NCBI RefSeq assembly: GCF_009914755.1 | Contig: NC_060926.1 | Length of the DNA stretch: 64,000 nucleotides | Origin: the human T2T-CHM13v2.0 reference genome, Homo sapiens | Reading direction: 5' to 3' (one strand) | The notes under the pieces: model-generated | Seen by the model: the letters and a program-made list of their open reading frames with translations, nothing else | The model's database searches: none | Told to the model about the DNA's origin: nothing | Position numbers and translations under genes: made by a program | In this document: in pieces, positions 13,480-26,731 of the stretch | Layout: every line of letters begins with the position of its first letter | Numbering within the stretch: position 1 is the first letter of the stretch

Positions 13480-13680
13480 GACAGTGTTGTGTAGCAGAGG
13501 GAAAAATACTTTGAACATGGAAGATCTGAAAACTTTTGAATATTGGCTTCATCTTTCCCCCAATTAGCTGAGCAATTGAAGAGTCACTTAACCCTCTCAG
13601 TCTGAGTTTCTTCATCTTTATATGCAAGTAGTTGCATTAGATGATTTTTATGGTATTCTGTAGTTCCACATTTTATAAGC
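13480..13680 (+). mobile_element. MIR/MIR3 SINE
   Basis: agtcacttaaccctctcagtctgagtttcttcatctttata core. Confidence 0.65.
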
Positions 13681-15774
13681 CTTAGATTTTAGCTCTTCTT
13701 CCATTATCAATACAATTAGGTTATTTGGATTTAAATCAGCCCATCCTGACCTATCCTAGGACACATGTCTTCGTGCCGGTAACTATTTTTTTCAAGACTA
13801 TGAAACTAATATCTTCTCTGAACTACAGATACTGGCATCTTAGGGTCATGAGTATAGATTTGTTAGATACTCCACCAAGATACAATGTGGTATCCGTGCC
13901 CAAACCAGCCATTATTGTAGTCTAAAAGAAATAATTGAGCAATGCACATTTGTGGTGGCCAAGCAGAAGAGAAACCAGAACTTTTGTGCACACTTTAGAT
14001 AGTGCTGACTTACGTGCCAGTAAATAAAGTTGCTCTTTACACTGGGCTCCCAATCTCAAGCGCTATTTTTAATTCACAGAGTTAAATCCAGCTGAGTTTG
14101 AAATCTGTTGCCACAAGTCACCAGAGGGACTGTATATCTTTTCTTTTCAGAGAAGAAGCCAAGCACAGCAGTTCAATTAAACTAGCACTAAGTCCTGCAC
14201 TCCAAAGACTGAAGGGCCTCAGGGAAAGGCATCAAGGGGAGAGTTATATGCTACCGTTCACCCCTCTTGGCTAGAAAAAGCATGGTGTTTGTGACCAGAA
14301 AAATTGAAACAGAATGAGATTCAAGATGGCAGCCACAGCCTCCTTTTCTATTAACCTCCAGGCTGGAGTGCTCTGTAGAAGGAAGGGTGACCAAGATAAA
14401 TTACCTCTTGATTCTTATTGCATTGTTTCACTAATGTAAGAAGGCTATCTGAGATGTATTCAGTTCCCACCAAAAAAATGCCTAAGATTGTAAAACTTAT
14501 TAGGACAGAAGCTCTTAGATCAGCCAAGCAAACCGAGTATCTGGAAAAAAAAAAAAAAAACAAACCCTAAAACACACTTCCAGGATTTCAGAATAAATGA
14601 GAGATGAAATGGTAGAACTGCTATGATAATTATTGGCTCTCGAATTAATGGTAATAATTACCTTAGCAAATTGCCATGTAACTGTTCAGTGAACAAGTTC
14701 ATAATCTAATCCTACATTGTTTTTTTAACCAGTTTCTCTCTATTTTTATGCTTCGAGGCTGAAGCTTCTTGCTTTAGAATAATTCTTTCTTTAATCCCTG
14801 CTAACCTAAGCCCTTGCTATACATAATGAGAGTAAAATAGTCGAAAATTATTTAATGAATGTTAATCCTATGTCCTGCACAAAAGGATCCTGGACATATC
14901 GTCCAGACAGACCTATCCCCAGAGTGTTGTGAGGGCTCCTGCTCTTTAAAGAATTAATTGTCATCTCTGGGCCCAATTCTGGCCTTCCAGGAGCCCAGAG
15001 AAGGTGGCTGATATGAAGCATAGCTGTTTCACTTCACTTCATGTAACAAGGACTAAGTGGCTTTTCTTCTCAGCCCCAGCTGCAGCCTCCAGTTAGAGGA
15101 GATTTTTTTCTAATATAAAAGTAGAATTATTGACTTTATTCTCCCCTGAACCCTTTATGATTTCTTATGCTTTTGTTGGAATTATTCTTTTGGTTTTGAT
15201 ATATGAGTCCAAAAGTTTTCAGATATTTTTAAAAAAATTATTGCTGTTTTTTATTTGCAGTTGTCATCATTGTGGTTTTAAGTCAATCTTTAGGTTACTT
15301 ATTTAATCATCTGATCGTTTAAGAAAAATTTGCCAAGCTTAAACTGAGTATCTAGTTTTATACTCAAGCAGGATATTAAAATATATTCTATAAAATGTTA
15401 CAACTTAGCGTGAGCAAAAAGACATATGGCTCAAACTGGTGATTGCTAAGTGAAACAGCGAAGTGCCAAATGTGGGAGAAATTTCTGTAGGTTTGGATAC
15501 TAAGGAGAAGCCCAATGCTGAGGTGAGACTTGAGTTTGTCTTGGAATAATTTTTCATGGAACAATTGATGAATAAATGGAAGAATGAACAAATACACACT
15601 ACCTTAAATATTGAAAGACAAGAACCAAGAGTTAACTCTCAGAGGGAGCCTGCTCCAATGTTACTGATAGTATACAAGTGGAACTAAATTTCCATTTACA
15701 AATATACATGGCTGTGTCTGAAGGGGTTTGAGGAATGTGTTTATGATTATAAGTACAGATAGTTGAGAAGTCAA

Positions 15775-16100
15775 ATAGCATGGTGCTTGGCACACTGTTA
15801 ATCAATAAATAGCTGTTGAATTAGTTGATGTATCAGGTAATATGGAATGGTTAAATGCATGGACTTTGGGATCAGAGATATTATACTTTGGAGTGCTTGC
15901 TCTGCTATTGTTGGGAATTTGAGAGTTATCCAACCTGGAAAATTCAACTTTCTCACTGGTGGAATAGATGGAGTTATTGTAATTATACCTATTAAATAAG
16001 ATTTTTGTGAGGTACAAGTGGGCTAATGTAATATAAAATGCTTGGGAAGTTGCTTGGACATTGTAAGCACCCAATAAATACAAGTTACTAATATTATGCT
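15775..16100 (+). mobile_element. L2 3' tip followed by a full-length MIR
   Basis: gtgcttggcacac..caataaatagctgttgaat; then aatggttaaatgcatggactttgggatcaga...gtaagcacccaataaat. Confidence 0.65.
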
Positions 16101-16108
16101 ATTTACTA

Positions 16109-16182
16109 TTATTATTATTATATACTTACAAGAGGTAAATATGTATTGTTATTATTATATACTTTCAAGCGGTAAGTATGCA
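16109..16182. repeat. 37-bp tandem duplication (2 copies, 5 mismatches)
   Basis: ttattattattatatacttacaagaggtaaatatgta / ttgttattattatatactttcaagcggtaagtatgca. Confidence 0.85.
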
Positions 16183-18063
16183 TGTATGTTGGTGAATGTA
16201 TGTAAAGGGTTGTTGGAAGAGGTGTATAAATGGGGTCGTATGGAAATGAGTATGCATGGATAGAGAGGCTTAGGGGTGAAGTAGGTGGTAGTATCAGTCA
16301 GGACAGAGGGCACAAGCTGGTACCTCTTCACATTGAAATGCTCAGAAGCCCTTAGTAATACCGGCTTTGGGGAAGGGCTTCTTAATGTTAAGCAACAATA
16401 ATGGCACTCAGTTTGGGCTTACCAGTGCATCAATATCCTGACTACCTCTTTTCCCAACAATTAACACCTGAGAACAGCCCTCACTGAATTTACCCCGTTA
16501 ATTGTTCACAGGATGGGATCAGGAATTAAGGCATTATTTTCCTCTAAGTCATTTCAATTTCTCAAAAGTGTTATAAAGAGGAACAGTTATTCTGGCAAAT
16601 GCCATTTTATCCATATTTGCTAGATAACCTTAGACTTGCAGGTCCTTTAGACAGCTGTAAACTTCTTGTACTATAATTCCAAACAAGTTTCTTATCTTTT
16701 TAACACAAGAGAACCCTCCGCTGAAAATTAATTTAGGGAAATTGAAAGTCCTTTTTCTGTGTTCACCTGTTTGTAAATGATAAGGACCATAAACAACAGT
16801 TTTAATAATTCGGTCCTTTGCCCAGGAGCAGCAGTTTATGATCCCAACCACCACCTCATACCCACATGAGCCGATCCTCCATTTCAAGCCAACACTCACT
16901 TTCTGTGATGAAATGCAAGGGCTCATCCCAATTTAATACATGGCTTCCTTCATATGGAACATGAGAAGCAGGCTGTCTGCTAGAGACCGGGCTGGGAGTG
17001 TTTCTTTTGCCACCAGACTGCAGGGGAGAAAATTAAATGGGGAAAGAATTTGAGCTTATTTTTGTTTTCTAAAACTATTTATTTTTTTTTTTTTAAAAAA
17101 ACCTCATTTCATGGGGAAGCTATGGCTACAGGAATGTGAGATGAAATGAACAGTAGCAAAAGAACCAAGATTAATAGCACTAGAAGGACATATTAACACC
17201 GAACATAAGTGAAACTTGAATGATGAAATAAATGTATAACTTAAATGTATAAGTCACTTAGGCAGAACAATTACTGTTTTATGGAACAAAAAGTACATTC
17301 CTTTGTAAAAATGAAGACCACACAAATCAGTCTTTTACTAATGCACAGGTGGAAGCTCCTACACATTACATTTTCACTGAAGGCTGGAACGTTCTGAAAG
17401 CAATATCTGGGTATGAACTCATTTTATCCATCTTTTCTCCCCTCCACTTTCTCTGTTTCAGGATCTTTCAAGCAAATTATGTGATAATTTCTGTGCCTTG
17501 ATCATGCTGGCCCCTCCATCCCTGCAGCTTACCCAGTCACCATCTACGATGGAACAGGCTGGTCTCTGTAAGGATCTTCTCCCTATGGCTGATTAGAGCA
17601 CTGTTACACCTTTGAGGGGGATTACATCATGCTTGATTTCCAAATTAGAAAATAAAAATAACCTACATTGAAATAAGTTTATTTTAAAAAGTAATGGAAG
17701 GGGGCAGTCTCTCATGGAATACTCTAAGCAAATCTAAAAGTTCTCTCTGAGCTCAGAAACAGGCATGGAACTACAAGAGATGTCCATTGATTAAATTCAC
17801 CATTGATGAAACAACCATTCCCTAATTTCTCTACTAAAGTTCTCTAAATCAGAATGTCTATCCTTGAAAGAAAATCATCCCACCAAAATTATGTCTCCAT
17901 CATTTTTATATAAAAATGATCTTCTGAGAATCCATCAATATAATTTATATTAACAAAAATAAAAATCATATAATCATCTCAATAGATACAAAAAATTTTA
18001 AAAAGTTAAACATTCATTCAGGACAAAAAATTAAGAATACTGTAAACAGAAGGGAAATTCTTT

Positions 18064-18152
18064 TGAGAACGCACCCAGTAATGCAATATTTTCAAGTAAC
18101 AAATCTGCACATGTACCCAACGCATCTAAAATAAAAGTTGAAATTTTTAAAA
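18064..18152 (+). mobile_element. Very short L1PB/old L1PA 3' tip inserted into the L1M
   Basis: gtaacaaatctgcacatgtaccc..atctaaaataaaagttgaaatt; flanked by AAGGGA(A)ATTCT at 18050-18061 and 18153-18163. Confidence 0.7.
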
Positions 18153-18229
18153 AAGGGAATTCTATGAACTGATTTAGATAAAGTACCCAAAATCCATAGC
18201 TAACATTGTGCATAATATGAAAGAATAAG

Positions 18230-18277
18230 TGCTTCATCCCCTAATGCTTCATCCCCTAGTGCTTCATCCCCTAATGC
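18230..18277. repeat. 15-bp tandem triplication TGCTTCATCCCCTAR
   Basis: Three adjacent copies, one mismatch. Confidence 0.9.
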
Positions 18278-18796
18278 CAGAATGATTTTCTCTGTCACTA
18301 ATCCTATTCAACATTTTACTGGAAGACCTAGCCAGTGCAATCAATAAAGAAAAATAAGTAAAAGACATACAAATATCCACAGAAAATATAATTGTCTTCA
18401 GATAAAAATCCAAATAGTCCACAAAAGTATCTACTTGAACTAATATATGAGTCTGGCAAGATTACATCATAACATAAAACAATCCATTTTATTTTTATAT
18501 ATGAGCAACAAGCAAATGGAATTCATTTAAAAATACCACTTATAGTTGCACCAAAAAATAAAGTAGGTATAAATCTAACAAAATATGTGAAGAATCTATA
18601 TACTAAAAACTACAAAATAATGATGAAAGATGATCTTTTAAAAAAATTCTTTGTAAAAGCTTTAAAAATTTTGACTAGTTATATGGTTTTGAGTAAAGTT
18701 ACTGACTTTTCCTTGACCTTGAAAGCTAAACTATTAAACAAATTCTCCTGCAATGCTATGGATACACAACTGCTTCTGTGCAATGTCAGTAAAAGC

Positions 18797-19050
18797 TGAT
18801 AATGGTGCTTAACACTTATTGGACGCTTAATATATGGCAGGCACTATACTAAGTTGTTAACATTCAATATCAAATTCAATCATTGCAATAACTATGGGAG
18901 GTTGATGTTATTATTATTCCCAAATTACAGATTAAAAAACTGAGGCTAAGTGAAGTTTAATAATTTGCCAAAAATTACACAGTACGTATCAGAACTAGGA
19001 ATCAAGTCCATATGTTTCTGGTCCTACATGCCAAGCTCTTACTGCACACC
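18797..19050 (-). mobile_element. MIR SINE
   Basis: aacacttattggacgc..ggcactatactaag..attacagattaaaaaactgaggctaag. Confidence 0.8.
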
Positions 19051-20443
19051 ATTTTCATGGTGAGGCAGGCTGGCAGGAGAAGGAATAGGGCCTTTTAAAG
19101 CACATGCAGAAGGAAGTGCTCCTTCTGCCACTTTGGGAATCATTGGATTTAAAGTCAATTATCATTCTTCTTCCTCTTGGCACACTGGTTTGGGACCATT
19201 ATCAACTTCTATATTTTGTGTCTGGAGGGGATGTTATGGTCTTCATGTGTGCCTTCTTTGTGTGGCCTTCATCTTCTTTTCTCCATCAAGTGTGTCTCAC
19301 TCACTGATTATTTCACATTCTCCCAAACTGCCTTCCTCTCAGACCTTTAAGGTTTAAAGGAGCTGGAGTCAGCTCTTCTCTTAGCAACTGATTCTAAGTC
19401 TGGCATCTGGGGACTGAGCCTGCTGCCAAGATGGTAGTATCTGTGTGGCCAGCCAACCTTCCTTCCTATCACCCACCCCAAAGCTGCGCAAATCCCCTAG
19501 GGAGTAGCATGAGGCTGCTAAGCAGCACATATATCTCCTGTGGATGCTGCTGATCCCCACATTTATTGTACCTTGGTTGGTGTTTGTAGCCTATTTTCCA
19601 GCTTTGAAAAGTGAAGTGCATTGTATCTAGAAACTGACAAGTAAAGATTTTTATCCATTTCCTGTGTCCGGTGTGATAGCACAAGCACTGTGTTTTATGC
19701 TTAAAACACAGCCAGTTTTGTATCCAAATGCAAGCAAGTAGAAAGTGTGGGCCTAGGGAAGCTAGTTGATGAAGGTATCCTGGTAGGCAATTAAGAAAGG
19801 GACAAGATAATGCAGGAAAATTTTATTTCTCTCATTTTGCACAAGAATCAGTGCCTTTCCCTTCCAATATATCAGCTACTTCTGTCCCTGTGCCACAGTG
19901 GAATTTTTTTTTTTGAAATTTATGGGTGCACATTGGCTATGTATCATTGCTCTTATTTAATTTCCTGGCAAACACAAGTACATCCACATTCCCCTCTAAG
20001 CTGCACCTTGCTGCAATCAACACATCGCAGAAACATATGCCTTCACCTGGAGGATAAGACGGGAAATAAACATTCTTCCAAGGAGAGGCAGCCGTCTTCA
20101 GAACCCTCTCTCTGGAGCAGAAAAATTGGATATACGACCTACTAGGCCTTCCAAAGTTTACACAGGGTCCAATGAAATTTTGGTGATTGGAGGGTTACTC
20201 AAAAAATAGTTTCTCTAGATATCATAATACATGCCAAATTCTCAGGAGACCAGATATGGTCTGGAAATTTAGCTACTTTCAACTGCAGCATATATTTGCC
20301 TCTTTACAAGTACATTCCAAATCTTCTCTCCTGCAGGGATTTCATGAGACTTGGGTTTTAGCATTGGTCCTAATGCTTTTATAGTGTCTGTGGAAACAGC
20401 CACTCTTCAGTAAGCAGAAGTGGCTAACTGTGGGGTAAGCAGC

Positions 20444-20747
20444 TGATGTAGTTTGGATATTTGTCCCTGCCCACATCTCATATTGAATTATAATCCCCAA
20501 TGCTGGAGGTGGAGCATGGTGGGAGGTGTTTTTGTCATGGGGTGAATCCCTCATAACTTGTTTCTGTGTTTGTGATAGTGAGGTCTCACGAGATCTGGTT
20601 ATTTAAAAGTGTATGACACGCCGCCTTCTCCCCTGCCTTGTTCCTGCTTTCACCAAGTGATGTGCCTGCTTCTGCTTCCCCTTCTACTGTGAGCCGAGTA
20701 AACCTATTTTCTTTATAAATTACCCAGTCTCAGGTATTTTCGTTTTT

Positions 20748-20779
<32 letters not shown>

Positions 20780-21104
20780 TTTGAGACAGGGTTTGGCTCT
20801 GTCGCCCAGGCTGGAGTATAGTGGCACAGTCTTGGCTCACTGAAACATCTGCCTCCCAGGCTCAAGTCGTCCTCCTACCTCAGACTCCTGAGTAGCTGGG
20901 GACTACAGGAGCACACCACCATGGCCAGCTAAGTTTTGTATTTTTTCTAGAGACAGGGTCTCACTTTGTTGCCCAGACTGGTCTTGAACTCCTGAGCTCA
21001 GGTGATCCACCTGCCACAGCCTCCCAAAGTGCTGGGACTACAACCATGAGCTGCTGCCCTCAACCAGGTATTTCTTTATAGCAATGCAAGAATGGCCTAA
21101 CATA
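20444..21104 (+). mobile_element. MSTB-like MaLR solo LTR, interrupted by AluJ
   Basis: TGATGTAGTTTGGATATTTGTCCC...ttataaattacccagtctcaggtattt|Alu|caggtatttctttatagcaatgcaagaatggcctaa. Confidence 0.85.
20743..21064 (-). mobile_element. AluJb-like
   Basis: Full dimer; TSD CAGGTATTT at 20731-20739 and 21065-21073. Confidence 0.9.
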
Positions 21105-21159
21105 CACCTCCAACCCAAGTCTCTCTCATGCCAACCTCACACTATTTCTGACATTCTCA

Positions 21160-21528
21160 TGGAAAATGATCTGAATGTTTATACCCATCCCCCCCAAAAA
21201 ATTGTACGTTTGAATCCTAAACCCTAAGATGATGGCATTAAGAGGTGGGGCCTTTGTATGATTAAGTCATGAGAACAGAGCCTTGATGAATAAGATTGCT
21301 GCTTTTATGAAAGAGTCTCCAAAGAGTTTCCTTGTCTCTTCCATCTTGTGAGGACACACAGAAGACGGTGTCTATCAACCAGAAAAACGGCCCTCCCTAG
21401 AAACAAAATCTGCTGGCACCCTGATCTTGGATTTTCCAAGATTCCAGAACTGTGAGAAGTAATATTTTTTGTGTATAAGCTACCCAGTTTGTGGCATTTT
21501 GTAACCGCAGGCCAAATGGACCAACAAA
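21160..21528 (+). mobile_element. MLT1A0-like MaLR solo LTR
   Basis: ctgaatgttt..aggtggggccttt..gtgaggacac..tctgctggcaccctgatcttgga..ccagaactgtgaga. Confidence 0.8.
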
Positions 21529-21629
21529 TCATGATATTCCACAGCTTTGCCTCTGGTTTTCAAGGTTACATGCTAGGACTTAGCACACTTGTTTTCTGAG
21601 AGTTGGGTACAATATACTACAAAGGCAAT

Positions 21630-21890
21630 AATTAATGATGACAGATTTATGAAGCAATTATTTTTACCAAGGTATTTCTAAGCATTTAATGTGCACAATC
21701 ACATTTAACCCACATAGCAACCTTATGTGTTAGATGCTTATAATGTTACATTATAAAGTTGAAGCAACTGAGTCTTGAAGAGATAAAATTATCTTACATG
21801 AGGTCATTAATTTATGAAGAAGCTGAGATGGGACTCAATCCTGGGTCTTTCTGACAAACCCTTGTGTTTAGTCAAATGATTGTACTACCT
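21630..21890 (-). mobile_element. MIR SINE
   Basis: cacatttaacccacatagcaaccttatg..gaagcaactgagtc..agctgagatgggactcaatcctgggtctttctgac. Confidence 0.7.
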
Positions 21891-22286
21891 TTGTAGAAAC
21901 TATCCCTTCCAGAGCACTAACTGTCTGTCCCAAATTAGACTTCTGGCATCTGACAGGATCAGAAGAAATGATATAGCCAATGGCAAGCTCCTCTGATAGG
22001 TAAGGTTAAAAGAAATTGTTTACCTGAACACTTTTTACCCTAACATGATTTGAACATCTCATGTGTCTCTCGGCTAGAGAGTTACATATAGAGGATCTAA
22101 TCAGGTAAGAGAGTGAGATAGTAGTGTGTGCTGGGAAAAAGGGCACAGGCTGTGTCTGCATGGAGCTTGAATCTTGTCTTTTCCAGCTGTTCCCCATAAG
22201 TCATATCTGAAATGAGAGGAGAATGTACATATATATGAGCACCAAGTGGAACCTGGGGCAGGGGAAACTGTCCCGCAGGGCCTGAA

Positions 22287-22578
22287 TGCTATGATCAAAA
22301 TCTATGTTGAAGTTTAATTTCCAATGCAATGTTATTAAGAGGTGGGGACTTCACCAAGTGATTAAATCATGGGGGAGGAGCCTTCATGAATGCAATTAGT
22401 GTCCTTATAAAAGAGCTCCAGGGAACTAGCTAGTCCCTATTTGCCCTTCCATTTCCCCTCTGTTGGCACCTTGATCTTAGACTTCCAAGCCCCCAGAACT
22501 GTGAGAAATATATTTCCATTATTCATAAATTGCCCAGTCTAAGATATTTTGTTACTGCAGCAGGAACAAACTAAGAAA
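22287..22578 (+). mobile_element. MSTD/MLT1A-like LTR with internal deletions
   Basis: tgctatg..ttaagaggtgggg..ggcaccttgatcttagacttcc..cagaactgtgagaaat..aactaagaaa. Confidence 0.75.
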
Positions 22579-23859
22579 ATGGGAAATATCATTGTTCTTA
22601 GGGGTGATGTTTAATATATTTGAGTGTGGATAGCACATTCCATAGGACAGATACTGTCCTTGGTGCTGAAGAAGGGTCCTAAAAGTTCCCTGCATCCTTC
22701 CTGATGAGGGATGCCACAGTCCAAGCAGACATAGAGACTTCAAGGTAGAGTATGCGATTATCCTTCAGGCTTCAGTCTGGGATCCAGTGGGCTCCTGACA
22801 TGACCTTTCTCCCCTCACCCCCTACAAACTGGCCTTGTCTCCATGAGTCCATTGCCTGCTGAGTGTTGGACTTCCTTTCTGGGTCTGTAATCTGTCCTCA
22901 TTCAAGTCTAGTGGGGTCCTGACCCTATGAGAAATGGCCCTTGCTGGCCTAATCTCAGCAATCCCTGGATAATAAAAAGAATTATAAATAAATAAATACA
23001 TAAATAACTAAATTAAATTGAGGTTGTACCTATACCGATTAACCTAAATGGCTCAAGTCTTGGCTCTACCACTTTCTAGTTAGGTATCTTCAGGCAAGTT
23101 ACATTTTTTTTTTCTTTCTTACATGCCATACTACTCCACTTTTGCAATGAGCTGTGGTTTGGGAAATAGCGTTTTGTTTTTATCATGTACCTATGATAGT
23201 CACATATTAATAACTATTCCCTGGGAATCAACCACTCCAATCTAGTTACAGTAGAAACAAATGGTTTATGAACTTCTAACTTTTTCCCTTGAATGTTCAT
23301 TCATCTATAAAAAGATGCCTGCCCTCCGAGATTTCCTCCCAGCATTGCCGTCTTCAGGAAGTCTCCCTAACAACAACCTACACCCACAGCTCTGCCATAT
23401 CAGACAGGCCCCCCCATCACCCCCAAGCTTAGCCCTGTCTCAGAACACTTCACAACTTAACAAGTTGTGCGGTCCTTTGAAACCAGTGACTGTACCTTTT
23501 CTTTTCTAGTCTCAGCTTTCCTAAGACTCCACATAAGTGTTGGCACTCAATACATATTGGAAAAATGACTGAATAAATGAAAACAAATTACTCCAAAAAA
23601 TTCCTATTCTTCACATGAAGCTTGTAATCAGAGCAAAAATTAGTTTCAGATCATGAAAGAACTAAGGTTCAGTTAGGTGAAATGATTTGCTTGGCTAAGG
23701 TAAAAGCAGAAAAATACCTGCAGGATTCTGGGTTAGAACCCAGGTCTTCTAGGAGTCAGGACTATAACCTGGGTCCTATCTCCCACTTCTATACTCTTTC
23801 AATTGTATTTTCTTACTAGGTAAGTTGCCTGAAATTTGTGGGTTTTGCTGCAATGATAC

Positions 23860-24360
23860 TTTACTGACCTGCAATATTATCTTGAGCCAGATATACTTCC
23901 TTGATGTCATGAAATAGTAATTATTGCAACATAGGAAAAAAGAAGTGTGCACTATGTTTTTGGAGGCTTGTTCCCTGTTATTAATTCAGGTGCTGAAGGT
24001 TGTGACACTTGTCATCTGAAAGATAATTTTCCTCAGATTTAATAATTGCAGTTAAGTCTCAGATTTGATTTTAATTTCAGACCTTGATGTCATGAAGTAT
24101 TAATTATCTCCATTACCTACTGATAATATTCCTGCAAACATGCACTTGTTTGATTGGCAGGAATTTTTATTAATTTACAAGGATGAACTCAATTAGAAAA
24201 GCTCATTTATCGGCACAATTCCACTTACATATTTACAACTTAGAATTGAGCAAAATCCTAACCAACTTACAACTGCAAACATAGGGGGTCAAGCCATGTG
24301 TGAGTAGGGTGGCCACAGCTGACTGACTCTAGCAGAGATTGATTGACATACATTTCCATG
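23860..24360. promoter_or_regulatory. Candidate enhancer / conserved non-coding element
   Basis: Repeat-free; duplicated 26-bp module; TAATT sites; TGATTGGCAG and TGATTGACA TALE-type motifs. Confidence 0.45.
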
Positions 24361-25544
24361 TCTGATCTACCTGATTTTGCTTTAAAATGAGCGAGTTATA
24401 CCTTTGGGACTAATTACGATTCTTATAGTAAAGTAATGAGAGAGATTTTCCATGTCGACTTGACAGTTTTCCCCCTCCATTTCCATGCCTAGGATTTTTC
24501 TTGGGGCTGGCATAGTCACATCTCATTTCAGGAACTACATTTGTTTCAATGGTGCTTTAGTCACACACAGCAAAAAAAAAATCTTAATGAATGCTAATAT
24601 TATGTTAAGTGAATAGGTTCCTCATAGCTACTCACTGTACATCCAAGAAAGAAAAAAAAATTACATCAATGAGATGTAACACTATCCCTTGATGGGGTAG
24701 GACCCTCGGGATTTGAGGCAGCTAACCCTGCCCTGTCACTTACAGGAGTAACATACTTTGACTTGGATAAATTCCTCCTGATGGAATTAATATTTATGAA
24801 ATTAAAAGAGAGTGATTTATCCTGAGCTGGATTCTCCAACTCAAGAATATGGTAGGGGTTGTATCTTGACCCTCCTACTGAAGCATATCTTTGTTAAATG
24901 ACTTTGTGGGAACAGTACATTCTGGTTCTGCATCAGCAGAGAAAACTCCATGCTTAGGCTCGGGGAATAACAATGCAGAATAATAAAACAAAACAAAAAA
25001 AAATACCAACAGTGCCTTTTACTTACAGAGTTCTTCCCAAAGGAGTGCAGCTGCATTGTATGCCTACACATAGCCAAGCCATAAAACCCTACAGAGTGCT
25101 CAAAACAAACAAACAAAAATAATAATTCAGTCCTCCTCTATCTATAGGGCAAACGGGAATTTGGGGGTAAAGTTCAGCTAGAGTAAAAACCTTATCATAG
25201 AGATTCCTAAATCAATTTAGAAGAGGGAACAATTGTTATTTATGATTTAGGGCTACAGCAAACATCATATTTTTACTTTAAATATTTGCCTTCAGAATCA
25301 TTTTAGACTGTGCTGTAATAAAAGGAGCTGAATTATTTTTCTACAAAGGTAACTGTATAGGCTTTACAACAACAACAAAAAAAACATGTTATTCGAGTCA
25401 TTTTCAAGCACCTTTAAGGACAGTTACAAAGGCAGTTGCTGGAAACACAGTCCTTGAACAGAGCTTTGCTCCCTTCCACTCCTTCTTCTGTCAATCTTCT
25501 TGCTGTACTGGCCAAACTGCCTCTTGGGTCTGTCAGTTACTGGT

Positions 25545-25632
25545 TGCTGTAGTTTAAATGTTTGTGTCCCCTGCAAAATTCATATTGAAACTTAATCCCC
25601 AGTGCAATAGTATGAAGAAGTGGGACCTCAAG
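25545..25632 (+). mobile_element. MSTD/MLT1A LTR 5' fragment
   Basis: tgctgtagtttaaatgtttgtgtcccctgcaaaattcatattgaaacttaatcccc. Confidence 0.65.
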
Positions 25633-25728
25633 TGAGAATGTCTAGTGGCAGAATTATAAGGAAAATTAGGGCCATATCCCTATAAAGTGTTCAATAAGAT
25701 AATGTTTCACAGATTTCTCAGTGTCTGC

Positions 25729-25863
25729 TTTTTTTTTTTTTTTTTTTTGAGATGGAGTCTTACTCTGTCACCCAGGCTGGAGTGCAGTGGCACAATCATG
25801 GTTCACTGAAGCCTTGACCTCCCCAGGCTCAGGTGATCCTCCCACCTCAGCCTCCACACCTGG

Positions 25864-25896
<33 letters not shown>

Positions 25897-26020
25897 CCGT
25901 GGAGAAAGAGTTTCGCTGGGTTTTGCCATATTACCCAGGCTGGTCTTGAACTCCTAGGCTCAAGCAATCCACCCACCTCCCAAAGTGCTAGGCTTCAAGT
26001 GTGGGCCACCAAGCCTGGCC
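25729..26020 (-). mobile_element. AluJ with internal deletion and expanded middle A-tract
   Basis: cctcagcctcc|acacctggc (the gtagctgggactacagg block is missing); ~30-T linker; TSD-like T(C/T)AGTGTCT on both sides. Confidence 0.88.
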
Positions 26021-26731
26021 TTAGTGTCTCTAAAGCATTAGTTTTTTGTTGAGGTGAATATCCAACGATAGATTGCATACACATCTCTCTAAACTATTAG
26101 AGCTAAAGATTACTCATAAAATTTGTTCAACAACACTTTAAAAAATGTTGCACTGCTTATGATGTTATTCCCACAAAATCTAGGCATGATTTTGTCCTTG
26201 GTTTAAGGGAGTATAAAATATTTAAAATAAATTTATTCATTTATTATACTTATTCATATAATATAGATTAATGCAATGCTAGGTGCCCCAAATCATGTAA
26301 AATACAGATTTAGTTCTTGCCCTTGAAAAGTTGGCAATCTCCCTGATGAAACAAATTGTATACATAAAAGTAGAATTCAGTGTATAATTAGAGCTCTATC
26401 TCATATGCTGGTAGCATCTGTAAGACTGGACAAACAGAAAACCAGGTTTTGACTCTCTACAAGACACTGGATTCTACCAAATGTTGTTGGCCTGAATTAA
26501 GTTTATCAGGGTTTTGTCTCCTTGATTCCCACTTTCCTCTGAATTGTTTTATATCAGCTTCTCCCCAGTTCTTACCCACTGCCATGATTCTGAGATATGT
26601 TTCCCTAGAATTTTGGAATAGTCAATAAATACTTAGGTAATCAGATTTAATTTCACACTTCAAATCTATTTCTGCTCCTCAATTTTATATTGCTGATATT
26701 CCACCCTTAGCCTGTGTGTGATCCTCTGTAT

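Larger units (their letters stand above)
17930..18632 (+). mobile_element. L1M ORF2 fragment
   Basis: aaaatcatataatcatctcaatagat..ctattcaacattttactggaagacctagccagtgcaat..aaatctaacaaaatatgtgaagaatctata. Confidence 0.8.

Noticed and set aside
14115-14135. CTCF-like TCACCAGAGGGACTG
   Set aside because: Mismatches at key core positions; too weak to call.
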